31,666 nt of DNA, from positions 1 to 31,666 of IMG/VR virus record IMGVR_UViG_3300032322_003129; one strand, written 5' to 3'. Both the position numbers and the translations under genes were made by a program. Origin of the DNA: a virus. Its lineage: Duplodnaviria > Caudoviricetes. This document shows positions 18,593 to 26,720 of this stretch, one piece after another (within the stretch, counting starts at the first letter, position 1; each line of letters opens with the position of its first letter). The notes under the pieces were generated by a model. That model was not told the DNA's origin. It was given only the letters and a program-made list of their open reading frames with translations, and ran no database searches.

Positions 18593-18976
18593 ATGAATCA
18601 CTTAAAAAGATTTGAATCTAAAAAGGATAAATTTCCTGATATTCAAAAAAAAGAAATCGATGGGTTTACTATATTCATTGGTAGAGATGCTAAATCGAAT
18701 GATTATCTAACATTTAATGTTGCAGATAAAGAAGATATTTGGATGCATGTTAAAGGAAAACCAGGTTCTCATATAGTGATAAGAGTAAGAGAAAATCTAC
18801 CAACACCAGAAATAATTAAAATAGCTGCTAATTTATCCAAAAGAAACTCTAAAGCAAAGAATGATAATTCAACTACTATTGTTTATTGTCAAAGAAAATT
18901 TGTTAAAAAAGAACCTGGTATGAATGATGGTCAAGTAAAGGTAGATTACAAGAATGCAGAAGAAATTACAATTTAA
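18593..18976 (+). CDS. stand-alone NFACT RNA-binding (NFACT-R / DUF814) domain protein
   Basis: IFIGRDAKSNDYLT, DIWMHVKGKPGSHIVI, AANLS..NS and VYCQRKFVKK..G...GQV match the C-terminal domain of RqcH/FbpA/NEMF. Confidence 0.88.
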   Translation: MNHLKRFESKKDKFPDIQKKEIDGFTIFIGRDAKSNDYLTFNVADKEDIWMHVKGKPGSHIVIRVRENLPTPEIIKIAANLSKRNSKAKNDNSTTIVYCQRKFVKKEPGMNDGQVKVDYKNAEEITI

Positions 18977-19011
18977 TATTTAATATATAATCTAATAAAT
19001 TAAAAGTAATA

Positions 19012-20352
19012 ATGAGTGATATAAGAATAAAATTTTCTGACAAATTAAGGGATATATTAAAGAAATTAGAAGAATCTGATTCTTATTTAGCGTTCGAACT
19101 TCTATACATGAGCGAACCAGGTTCTAAATATTTTAATGGTCTTAGAATAACTAACATAGATATTTCAAAAAAAGATTATCATTTCGCTGTGAAAGTAGAT
19201 GGTAGAGAAAATGATATGAAAATTGGAAATTTTATAAGATATTACTTTAAGGGTATTTTTACAGGTGAAGAAATTTCTAAATTTGCAAACGACTATACTA
19301 GATTATCAAAAGGTCAGTCACCACTTATAACTACAGCAAAGAGAATAGATGTCCAAAGTTTTGTATTCGATCCAAAAGATGTCAGAAGAACATTTCTATC
19401 TTTGACAACAAAAACTTACCCATATGGACATGAAGAAGAAGTGCTTCAGTTTTTACCAAAACTAAACAAAGACGAATTCGGAAATTATTATAAGATAATT
19501 GGTGATAATTCAACAACTATGTTCACTTCTCATTTAGATACAGCTGATAGGTCACAGAAAAAAACAAATCTTTTCTCGAGACAACAGGATGGTGATGAAA
19601 TAATTTACACTGATGGTTCCAGTATTTTAGGAGCGGATGATAAGGCTGGAGTTACGGTTATGTTATATATGATGGCTCATAATATACCAGGACTTTATTA
19701 CTTTTTTATTGGAGAGGAAAGAGGAGGTATTGGTTCTAATCAACTTTCAGCCGGTTTTGATAGACAGGAACACGTAAAAAATATCAAAAGATGTGTTTCT
19801 TTTGATAGAAGGAAAACTATTTCAGTTATTACTCACCAATTAGGAAGACAATGTTGTTCTAATGAATTTGCAACAGCTTTATGTCAGGAATATAACAAAA
19901 GTGGTTTGTCTTTAGCAATTGATACAACAGGTGTTTATACAGATTCTGCTTCTTTGATGGAAGATATACCAGAATGTACTAATATTTCAGTAGGTTATGA
20001 AAATGAACATACGGGTAGAGAACTTCAAAATATTTCATATTTAGAAAGACTATGTAAAGCCTCATTAAAAGTAAATTGGAATGATTTACCTATAGTAAGA
20101 AAAGTTGGTGTAAATCAAGAACTTGTCAGAAAACATAAGAAATTAATTGATGAAGTTAAGTCATCTGTATGGCAATTAGAAACTAAAATGATAGGAGCTG
20201 ATGATAAAATTTATATTAGAATAGACTTAGAAGATGGTGATATTGGTAGTATTTATGATTGTTTAGATTCTTTACAATCACTTCTTTCAAGACACAAAGT
20301 AAATACAGAAGTATTAATATCTGATACTTATCTAAAAATAGAACTTACATAA
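19012..20352 (+). CDS. M28/M20-family zinc peptidase with N-terminal extension
   Basis: SHLDT, GADDKAG, GEERGG, SFDR, YTDS and YENEHT metal-ligand motifs. Confidence 0.8.
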   Translation: MSDIRIKFSDKLRDILKKLEESDSYLAFELLYMSEPGSKYFNGLRITNIDISKKDYHFAVKVDGRENDMKIGNFIRYYFKGIFTGEEISKFANDYTRLSKGQSPLITTAKRIDVQSFVFDPKDVRRTFLSLTTKTYPYGHEEEVLQFLPKLNKDEFGNYYKIIGDNSTTMFTSHLDTADRSQKKTNLFSRQQDGDEIIYTDGSSILGADDKAGVTVMLYMMAHNIPGLYYFFIGEERGGIGSNQLSAGFDRQEHVKNIKRCVSFDRRKTISVITHQLGRQCCSNEFATALCQEYNKSGLSLAIDTTGVYTDSASLMEDIPECTNISVGYENEHTGRELQNISYLERLCKASLKVNWNDLPIVRKVGVNQELVRKHKKLIDEVKSSVWQLETKMIGADDKIYIRIDLEDGDIGSIYDCLDSLQSLLSRHKVNTEVLISDTYLKIELT

Positions 20353-20353
20353 C

Positions 20354-20875
20354 ATGAAACTGAAAAAATACAATCAATTGTTGGAAGAAATCGATCCAAA
20401 AGACTGGGAAGACGATGATGATAATTTCTATAGAGAGGATGAGTATTCTTATCTTAATGATGCATTGGATAAGAGGTCTGCTTATGATGAAGAAGAAGAT
20501 GATTGGGAAGGACACAATAGATACGGACATGGTCCTTATGATGACGATGATTACGAATCTGGTGAAGAGCCCATCGAAGAAGATGATATGCAAAATTTAC
20601 TTTATCTTCTAAGAACAATGTTTAGAAATTCAGGTATAGAAGAGGTTTATGTTGAAAATAAAAAAATGGATATTACTATCACGGTTGCTGCAAGAAGAAG
20701 AGAAAGACTTAAAGATATAATAAACATCTTTGCGGTGGCTAATAAACTTAAAAAAGATATATTGGCTCAGTATGATTCTGAATTTGGAATGTGGGAAAGT
20801 AAAGAAGGTTCTCCGTTATTTGTTTTTAACTTCTACTATGATGAAGGGTTAGAAGATGATATGGCCCCTTTTTAA
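20354..20875 (+). CDS. hypothetical acidic protein
   Basis: 173 aa with an Asp/Glu-rich N-terminal half and the leader MKLKKYNQLLEE. Confidence 0.7.
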   Translation: MKLKKYNQLLEEIDPKDWEDDDDNFYREDEYSYLNDALDKRSAYDEEEDDWEGHNRYGHGPYDDDDYESGEEPIEEDDMQNLLYLLRTMFRNSGIEEVYVENKKMDITITVAARRRERLKDIINIFAVANKLKKDILAQYDSEFGMWESKEGSPLFVFNFYYDEGLEDDMAPF

Positions 20876-21240
20876 TCTAATAAGTCAGATAGATTAAGTT
20901 CTCTAGCAACTACCTTTGTAATATCACCCATGACAATATCTTCTAAATTTGTATAACTTTGGAAGTCAGCGATTGTATCTAATTCTTTTATTATGTGTAG
21001 ATTTTTATTATACCAACCATAGAAAATATCACAACAAACTTCTAACATATCTTCATAGGTGTAAAGATTTGAATACGATTCTTGAAAATTACACATCATT
21101 ATTTTAAGATCGACTGGATACTGGTTAAAATTGTAATTAATATTTTCAACTTCATAAGTAATCTGGAAAGAATTATTCCAATATAATACTGGCTGAAAGC
21201 CGAGTGATTGTATTTTATCTAAGTGTTCAGATATTTCCAT
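20872..21240 (-). CDS. hypothetical protein
   Basis: 122 aa ORF in a minus-strand operon. Confidence 0.65.
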   Translation of the reverse strand: MEISEHLDKIQSLGFQPVLYWNNSFQITYEVENINYNFNQYPVDLKIMMCNFQESYSNLYTYEDMLEVCCDIFYGWYNKNLHIIKELDTIADFQSYTNLEDIVMGDITKVVARELNLSDLLD

Positions 21241-21463
21241 CTAATATTTTTTTAATCTTTACTTCACGTTGGTCTATCAATTCTAAAGGTTCAATTATCA
21301 ACTCACCATCAGAAATCTTTAGTTGCCACTTTCTTCCAGTGACTTCATCTTTAAGTATTATTAGTTTTTCGATTGTGGTGTTTCCGATACAACCTACAGT
21401 AATCGCAGAAGCTGAGGAAGGTCCATTAACTGCGAATATGTTAGAATTAGATATAAATGACAT
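21227..21463 (-). CDS. hypothetical protein
   Basis: 78 aa ORF packed between the methylase and the next gene. Confidence 0.6.
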   Translation of the reverse strand: MSFISNSNIFAVNGPSSASAITVGCIGNTTIEKLIILKDEVTGRKWQLKISDGELIIEPLELIDQREVKIKKILDGNI

Positions 21464-21468
21464 AATGA

Positions 21469-22413
21469 TTATATTTTAATACCAGTGATTGGATTATAGT
21501 TCATAATTAACAACTCAACTCCTTTAGTTTGTTCTCCTTTTAGGTCAGAATTGTTACCACCCTGAGCTGAACTTCTGAATACTTCTTTTTCTGTCCAAAC
21601 ATATTGGTCTCTTGGTAAAAGTTCTTCTAAAAGTGGGAAATAATAATAAGATAGTGACCAACGACACTTAGTTTTCTTCAATAATTCTAATAGTCTTCTA
21701 TGAGAAGCGGGTCCAAATACACCATCAGCGTCTGCTCCATACCAGAAAAGTCTCTTAGCATCATCTTCACCTTTTTCCTCATTAAATCTTGCATAAGGTG
21801 GGTCTAAATAAAGATATGTATCTTCACTGTCGTATTTATTAATCAGTTCTTCAAAGTCAATATTATGAAATTCGGTGATAGACTGAAGTTTTTGAGTATA
21901 TTTATTTTTCTTTAACTTATCAATAAGAACATCTAATTTAAGTCTGTCTTTATCTTTTTTATAACCATTAAAACCTGCTCCTCTTGGATAAACAGAATTG
22001 TGAGCAGATGTGATTAAAAAAGCATAAATTGCAGCCTTCTTAAAATCACCTATTTCAAAATTCATATCATCTAAAAAAGTGTTTCTTTGGTATTTTTTAT
22101 AGATTCCTTTATAGAAGTCCCATTTTTTTAGAGGCTCAGTTTCTTCTGTTTTAAGTAATGTCTCCTTCATTCTTTCTAAATACTTTACAAATGTTTCAGG
22201 GTCTTGACAACACTTATATAAGTTCACCTGGTGACGATTTTTATCATTGTAAACAACTGTATCGAATTTAAGAGAATCGTCGTCCATATACGTTCCCATA
22301 GAACCTGAGAAAGGTTCTAAATATGTTTTGATTCCGGTCTTAGGAATCTTTGAGTTTATGAACTCTTGGAATACTGATGAACTCTTACCACCAAAATATG
22401 AAATACACGCCAT
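21469..22413 (-). CDS. DNA adenine methyltransferase (Dam/D12 class)
   Basis: SYFGGKS, YLEPFSGS, YND, YLDPPY and terminal ELLIMNY. Confidence 0.9.
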   Translation of the reverse strand: MACISYFGGKSSSVFQEFINSKIPKTGIKTYLEPFSGSMGTYMDDDSLKFDTVVYNDKNRHQVNLYKCCQDPETFVKYLERMKETLLKTEETEPLKKWDFYKGIYKKYQRNTFLDDMNFEIGDFKKAAIYAFLITSAHNSVYPRGAGFNGYKKDKDRLKLDVLIDKLKKNKYTQKLQSITEFHNIDFEELINKYDSEDTYLYLDPPYARFNEEKGEDDAKRLFWYGADADGVFGPASHRRLLELLKKTKCRWSLSYYYFPLLEELLPRDQYVWTEKEVFRSSAQGGNNSDLKGEQTKGVELLIMNYNPITGIKI

Positions 22414-22414
22414 A

Positions 22415-23236
22415 TTATTTTCTATATTTATTTTTATCTCTGGTTATAGATACTACTTTATCAAAAGTTTCTTTTTTTCTTTTAAGATAAAGTGTAGAGT
22501 TTTTGTATAAAAAGTCGTATATGTTTTCAACATCCGACAACCCTCCCCAATCTACTACATAATATGTTCCCTTAGGACATCTTATTTTATTTCTACCACT
22601 CAGATTACAATACTCTACCATCTTGTCATAATATTCTTTAATAAAGTCATAACTACCTGAACATATATTAACTTGACCTCTTTGTTTATTGTCTCTTTTA
22701 TCTGTTCTTAATGTTACACAACCATCACCGTCAAAAACACCTCTCATAAAATGATTTTGTAAATCGTTGGGAATAGTTGGATATTTAACAATCATTGTTT
22801 TATTTGAATGAATTCCCAAATTTTCAAGATCAATCTTGGTTTTATTAGACGATATACTAAAGCTTGAAATGTTTCTATTCTTAGATGTAAATACAACTCC
22901 ATCTGAATTAATATACTTTTTAAATTCATATAATATATATGTTTCCTTCTGTACTATCTTAATAGTATTTGTCTTATCAGAGACACAACCATCAGCAACA
23001 ATAAATCCTAAAAAGTAGGCTTTATCTTCAGTGTCTATAGTTTCAAAATAATCTTCATTGAATTTATATCTAACAACTTTAGATTTTTGTTCAATATTAT
23101 TTAACTTTAATAATTTATAATATTGTCTTAGAGAAATATCAAATTTTTTTGATATTTCTTTTTCTGTTATTCCTATTTTTCTTTGATTTATAATTTCTGA
23201 TTTTTCAGAATCAGAAAGGTCTTTTAATTTTCTCAT
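22415..23236 (-). CDS. free-standing LAGLIDADG homing endonuclease with N-terminal HTH
   Basis: AYFLGFIVADGCV and HFMRGVFDGDGCV dodecapeptide motifs, plus YLKRK. Confidence 0.85.
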   Translation of the reverse strand: MRKLKDLSDSEKSEIINQRKIGITEKEISKKFDISLRQYYKLLKLNNIEQKSKVVRYKFNEDYFETIDTEDKAYFLGFIVADGCVSDKTNTIKIVQKETYILYEFKKYINSDGVVFTSKNRNISSFSISSNKTKIDLENLGIHSNKTMIVKYPTIPNDLQNHFMRGVFDGDGCVTLRTDKRDNKQRGQVNICSGSYDFIKEYYDKMVEYCNLSGRNKIRCPKGTYYVVDWGGLSDVENIYDFLYKNSTLYLKRKKETFDKVVSITRDKNKYRK

Positions 23237-23294
23237 ATACTATATATAAAAATATATAGTTTTCCTCCGAAGTAATTACATAAACTATCGAAAA

Positions 23295-23807
23295 TTAAAA
23301 ACCATTTTTGTTTTTAATTATATCCTCTAATGATGGTCTTGTCTTTTGTTTTAAATTTAATCGAATATCCATAAGAATTTTTCCTAAATGATTATCACCT
23401 CTATCACCACACTTAGGACAAGAACAAGAACCCCAGAAATTGTCGTGCCAAAAATTACCTTCAATTAATTCTAAATCACCAGTAGATAGTAACATTTCTG
23501 ATAGTTTTTCATCATTGAACTTTTCTTTTACAGCAAAGTTCATTAATTCCAATTTTTTTTCTTCCCAGTCTTTTCTTACTTTGACTCTCTGTCCTATTTT
23601 TTTAACATCCGCAGGTAGTTTTACTTTAGTTATCATTTCTCTAAAATCACCAGCGGTGTAATAGTTACCATTTAAAAGTTGTATTTCAGTCACTTTCATA
23701 GCAACATAGTAGTGTTCAACAGATGGGTAGATTAATCCTTTATGTTGAATTTCACACGGATAAAAATTACTTAAAAATCCCCATCGACCTTCAAAACGTC
23801 TAATCAT
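23295..23807 (-). CDS. NADAR family protein (YbiA-like)
   Basis: FLSNFYP, YPSVEHYY, EKF, LLSTG..ELIEGN.WHDNFWG and NHLGKILMDIR. Confidence 0.9.
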   Translation of the reverse strand: MIRRFEGRWGFLSNFYPCEIQHKGLIYPSVEHYYVAMKVTEIQLLNGNYYTAGDFREMITKVKLPADVKKIGQRVKVRKDWEEKKLELMNFAVKEKFNDEKLSEMLLSTGDLELIEGNFWHDNFWGSCSCPKCGDRGDNHLGKILMDIRLNLKQKTRPSLEDIIKNKNGF

Positions 23808-23858
23808 ATGATTTATATGATTAAAAAGTCTTTAGTTTAACTTTTAATAAAAATGTGA

Positions 23859-24470
23859 TTATCCGAAATTTGAAGCTATCCAACCACTAAACTTTTTAAT
23901 CCAACTAGGATTTTGGTCGTCTTTTGCTTTCTCTTTAGCTAAATAAGATTCGGTTTCTTTATTATGTAGTATATAAGCTAGTTGCCATCCACCACCACCT
24001 TTAATAAGTAATCCTTTAGGATCCATACCATCAACTAAGGTCCAATTTGACTCAGATTTAATTCTTTGTTCGGCTTGTTCTTTTTTTATTTCTTCTGAAT
24101 TTAATTTTTCAATTATATCAAAAGGAACTTCCGCTCTCATCATCCATTCATGTCCTTCAAATTTATCCTTTGACCTTTTAACAATTGAATCATCAGTTGT
24201 CCAAAATTCATAAGTATAAGTAATAAATTTATCACCTGATTTATATGAACATCTAAAATCTTGAGCATTAACTTCTTTATCTTTAAGTTTTTCACCAGAA
24301 TCCACTGAAATATTAATCATATCCAAGAATAAATCTAAAACTAGTGACTTTTCTTTATTCTCTGTTGAAAACCAAAAAGTCTCTTCGTCTTTATCAGAAT
24401 CACCAGTAGCGGCAGGTAGTTTATAATTTTCATTTATAGAAAATTTATCAAAGTTTTTAATATTTTTCAT
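23859..24470 (-). CDS. hypothetical protein with capsid-targeting-like leader
   Basis: 203 aa starting MKNIKNFDKFSINE, with a late motif 4 nt upstream. Confidence 0.7.
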   Translation of the reverse strand: MKNIKNFDKFSINENYKLPAATGDSDKDEETFWFSTENKEKSLVLDLFLDMINISVDSGEKLKDKEVNAQDFRCSYKSGDKFITYTYEFWTTDDSIVKRSKDKFEGHEWMMRAEVPFDIIEKLNSEEIKKEQAEQRIKSESNWTLVDGMDPKGLLIKGGGGWQLAYILHNKETESYLAKEKAKDDQNPSWIKKFSGWIASNFG

Positions 24471-24546
24471 AACATATATATTAAATGAAAAAATAGAAAA
24501 AATGAGTTTTAAAACTAAATATATAAAAGAAAATTAAATTAGAATT

Positions 24547-25116
24547 ATGAAATATATTAAAACATTTGAAGGATTTTCTATTAATGAAGATGTTTCTAAT
24601 ATCGGTGGGATTTTTTCACTTATTAATGGAGAAATATCAAAATTATCAGAAGAGGAAATACAAAAACTTATGGACGATGCTAAAGCAATTTCAAATAAAT
24701 TAGGAGTTTCATTAGAACAACTACAAAATCCTGAAGTTGCAGTAAAAGCTATGATAGAAGAAACAGAAAATATCGAGACTTCTATTGAAGAAGGATGGTT
24801 ATCTGATAGCTGGGACTGGTTAAAAGGTAAAAGTGCTTCTTGGTACAGAACAGTAGCGAGAGTTGTTGGTTTTGGTGGAGCATTCACAAGTCTTGCTACA
24901 GCAATAGCAGCAGCTGCTATTGGTGGAGCGGAAAGAAATTCTTTCTCTCTTTACCTAAGAGATTTAACAGGTGTTGGTGAACTTGACAGAAATACACAAG
25001 CAGCGATATTTATGGCTGGATTAGCGGGTGTAGCAATTTCAGTAATAGCTGGCATAGCATTAGGTAACAAAGCAGATGATATTGAAAAAGCTGCTAAATA
25101 CGGAACAAAATTCTAA
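24547..25116 (+). CDS. hypothetical protein with capsid-targeting-like leader and two hydrophobic helices
   Basis: Starts MKYIKTFEGFSINE and has Ala/Gly-rich hydrophobic segments in the C-terminal half. Confidence 0.75.
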   Translation: MKYIKTFEGFSINEDVSNIGGIFSLINGEISKLSEEEIQKLMDDAKAISNKLGVSLEQLQNPEVAVKAMIEETENIETSIEEGWLSDSWDWLKGKSASWYRTVARVVGFGGAFTSLATAIAAAAIGGAERNSFSLYLRDLTGVGELDRNTQAAIFMAGLAGVAISVIAGIALGNKADDIEKAAKYGTKF

Positions 25117-25140
25117 TAATAATTTTTTATAAAAGATAAT

Positions 25141-25172
25141 AAAAAAACCGTCTCATTGAGACGGTTTTTTTT
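25141..25172. terminator. bidirectional intrinsic terminator between convergent genes
   Basis: aaaaaaaccgtctc-att-gagacggttttttt. Confidence 0.85.
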
Positions 25173-25503
25173 ATTTAGAGCTTTTGATTTCTTTCAAAGC
25201 TTTGATTACCATATCACATTCTTTACGAGTAGGTAACATATTTTTAGTATATTGACCTTTTACATAAGAAACATAGAAAATCAAATGTAAAACAAGGTAG
25301 AACAAGGAAACACCTGTTGAGAACCCATACATTGTTCCGGTGAATACAAATCCAATCAAAAAAGGAATTGTAGAAACCACAAACAAAAAAGCTTCTGTAA
25401 ATAATACTCTAACAATTGAGAAAAAAATAATACTGTTTCTCAAATCAGATAAAGAATAGTCTTTGTTTTGGTACTCTTGTTTAATTTCGTTAAATGTTTT
25501 CAT
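25171..25503 (-). CDS. hypothetical membrane protein
   Basis: Two hydrophobic segments. ATG at 25503 is preferred over 25560 because a promoter occupies 25547-25577. Confidence 0.65.
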   Translation of the reverse strand: MKTFNEIKQEYQNKDYSLSDLRNSIIFFSIVRVLFTEAFLFVVSTIPFLIGFVFTGTMYGFSTGVSLFYLVLHLIFYVSYVKGQYTKNMLPTRKECDMVIKALKEIKSSK

Positions 25504-25546
25504 AATGTAGTGGATTTTATATTTATTACTTACTCGTTTATAAATA

Positions 25547-25577
25547 CAAATATAAGACATTTATTTTAATAAACAAA
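25547..25577 (-). promoter_or_regulatory. Bacteroidota-type housekeeping promoter (TTTG-N19-TATATTTG)
   Basis: Exact match to the -33 TTTG / -7 TAnnTTTG consensus with a 19-nt spacer. Confidence 0.6.
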
Positions 25578-25607
25578 AAAATCTCACTAAAAAGTGAGAT
25601 TTTTTTT
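25575..25607 (-). terminator. intrinsic terminator downstream of the tmRNA
   Basis: aaaaaaatctcact-aaaa-agtgagattttttt, a few nt past the tmRNA 3' end. Confidence 0.85.
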
Positions 25608-25610
25608 CTT

Positions 25611-25993
25611 GTGGAGATGACGTTGTACTGCCCAACGTGTCTTTTTCAGTTGTTAATAATTATTCGTTTACAGGCTTAGTAAATTTTTATAAACTTACAA
25701 ACTTTTTACTTTTTTTGAGAAACTCTAATAAGTAACAAAAAACCATTTCACCCTTTTAGTCTTGTGTGAAACAAGTTGGAGAATTTTTGTTCAGCTTGTA
25801 ATCTATTAGACTAAAGCAGGCTCTTCTACCAAGAGCATGTTGTTTTGTAGAGCCGCTACTAAATCTTCACGGGTTGCTACTTCATTTGTGTTGCCATTTA
25901 CGACATCTGTCACCTAATTTATAAACCGGTCATTTGACCACCCGGTACCTGCATAATTACCACCAGACTACAAATCAATTCTATGACATCCCC
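25611..25993 (-). ncRNA. ssrA: tmRNA (transfer-messenger RNA), one-piece
   Basis: 5' GGGGATG pairs with 3' CATCTCC-A (G3:U70, A73 alanine identity). T-arm ACGTTG-GGCAGTA-CAACGT is preceded by GAC. Helix 2 (TAATTATGCAGG / CCTGTA...ATAATTA) is present. Internal tag frame TAAAT-GGC...TAA TAG. About 383 nt, with a downstream terminator. Confidence 0.92.
25806..25895 (-). other. tmRNA tag reading frame: (A)GNTNEVATREDLVAALQNNMLLVEEPALV*
   Basis: Resume context TAAAT|GGC follows the predicted first pseudoknot region. The frame ends in tandem TAA TAG. Confidence 0.75.
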
Positions 25994-26010
25994 AAAGTGT
26001 TAATTATTTA

Positions 26011-26041
26011 CAAATGTATATATAATATGGATTATAACAAA
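26011..26041 (-). promoter_or_regulatory. tmRNA promoter: Bacteroidota-type TTTG-N19-TACATTTG overlapping a phage ATATATA motif
   Basis: TTTG 26041-26038, TACATTTG 26018-26011, ATATATA 26023-26017. Confidence 0.6.
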
Positions 26042-26066
26042 AAAAGTTGACTGGATTTTTTACAGA

Positions 26067-26720
26067 TTATTTCTTCAACGTAATCGTAACAACGGCTGTT
26101 GTACTACCCCACTCAGATCTGGAAATTTCCTTTTCAACATTAAATTTAGAAAAATCTATCCCTCTGAACAGACCATTCCACTTTCTATCTGTATAAGAAC
26201 TACTATCATCAAATCCATTACAATTTACAACAATCTTTAATTCGCCCTTGTATATCCTTTTAGTCATGCAATTACTAAAATCACTTTTAGATGCGTTTGT
26301 TCTTTTCGACATTTCGTTATAAAGTTGTTGAATTAAAAATAAATCACCCTCTACTTTAGTCTTTTGTATAAAAGTTACAACTATATGATGTCTCCAATTT
26401 GTATTTATGGAAACTCTGCTAGATCCTAATCGATTTTTTAGAGATATCATCTCTTCTAAGAAGTCCCAAAATTTAGGATCAATAATTTGTTCAGTATAAC
26501 CACCAGCTTCTCCTAGTTGAAAAGAGTTTTTAAAATTTATATTCATTGATTTGAAACCAGAGTATTCACCAGATGTTATTGTTCTTGATTCAGTTATTGA
26601 ATATTCAATTCCTAAGTCTTTAACAGGTAAAAGTAGTTCATCTAATTCATCTTTCGATAAATCTACAACATCATCTTGTGATTCAGTTATATAATTAAAG
26701 AACTTTTGTAGATGTTTCAT
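26067..26720 (-). CDS. hypothetical protein with capsid-targeting-like leader
   Basis: 217 aa starting MKHLQKFFNYITES. Confidence 0.7.
   Translation of the reverse strand: MKHLQKFFNYITESQDDVVDLSKDELDELLLPVKDLGIEYSITESRTITSGEYSGFKSMNINFKNSFQLGEAGGYTEQIIDPKFWDFLEEMISLKNRLGSSRVSINTNWRHHIVVTFIQKTKVEGDLFLIQQLYNEMSKRTNASKSDFSNCMTKRIYKGELKIVVNCNGFDDSSSYTDRKWNGLFRGIDFSKFNVEKEISRSEWGSTTAVVTITLKK

Noticed and set aside
22415-23236. LAGLIDADG ORF as part of an intein or group I intron
   Set aside because: It has its own start, stop and promoter motif, both flanking genes appear intact, and no splice motifs are visible.
25611-25650. Stand-alone tRNA or prophage attachment site
   Set aside because: There is no anticodon arm, the 3' half pairs with a 5' end about 380 nt away as in tmRNA, and no duplicate or integrase is in the window.
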